From contig NC_042997.1 of the NCBI RefSeq assembly GCF_006345805.1, positions 100,688,001-100,752,000 on the forward strand: a DNA stretch of 64,000 bases, read 5' to 3'. Made by a program: the position numbers and the translations under genes. The number at the start of each line of letters is the position of its first letter. Position 1 is the stretch's first letter. The notes under the pieces were generated by a model. It did no database searches, had not been told where the DNA came from, and saw only the letters and a program-made list of their open reading frames with translations. Shown here one piece after another: positions 1 through 64,000 of this stretch. The DNA is from Octopus sinensis (Eukaryota).

Positions 1-59
1 ATCAACATACATTTACTAACCAGGTTTCCATTCAAACATATTTTTTTCTGTATCTTTAG

Positions 60-63629
<63,570 letters not shown>

Positions 63630-64000
63630 GTACGTAGTCTATGTTTACTAATATATTGTTTACTAATATATATAACATGCTGTGTCTTTCAGGGTAAATT
63701 TGTAGCATAAATAGAAAGAGATTAAATTTTGTTTGTGTACAAAAAAAAAGAAGAAGATATTTAGTTTATATTCAGCTTCACATTTTATAACACACGAAGA
63801 TGCTATATCACATGAACAGATAAAATTAATGCAAACATTCGCAAATTTATCAGTTTAGTCATTAATTACTTCACAAATAATGGTAAAAGCAATATTTTGC
63901 CCCAGTAATTTTATCAGTTGATCAGTAATGACTGCAAATGAATTTCAAGCATTAATATATCTTGTATACAAATCTAAAAGATTAGACACGTTTAACCATC

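Overview
AT-rich eukaryotic genomic DNA, very probably from an octopus or other coleoid cephalopod (inferred from the tRNA-derived SINE families, microsatellite load and TTAGGG-type repeat). The whole window lies inside one + strand gene, an ABCB1/MDR (P-glycoprotein)-like full transporter. I traced 21 GT-AG exons from 60 to 63629 that splice into one open frame of about 950 codons (part of TMD1, NBD1, linker, TMD2, start of NBD2). The gene start and end lie outside the window. The introns are filled with transposable elements: several Penelope-like elements (PLEs; RT and GIY-YIG remnants), a near-intact CR1-type LINE with one premature stop, RTE and R4/Dong-like remnants, two non-autonomous Helitrons, mariner and pogo remnants, a nested MITE carrying telomeric repeats, and many SINEs. 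The most notable unannotated signal is a dense set of minimal type-I hammerhead ribozyme motifs, found by eye (about a dozen, some decayed). They sit at PLE termini, in head-to-head hairpins next to (TA)n tracts, and in one case directly at the stop codon of a pogo transposase fragment. Most short ORFs in the track are microsatellite or SINE artefacts. No databases or folding programs were run.
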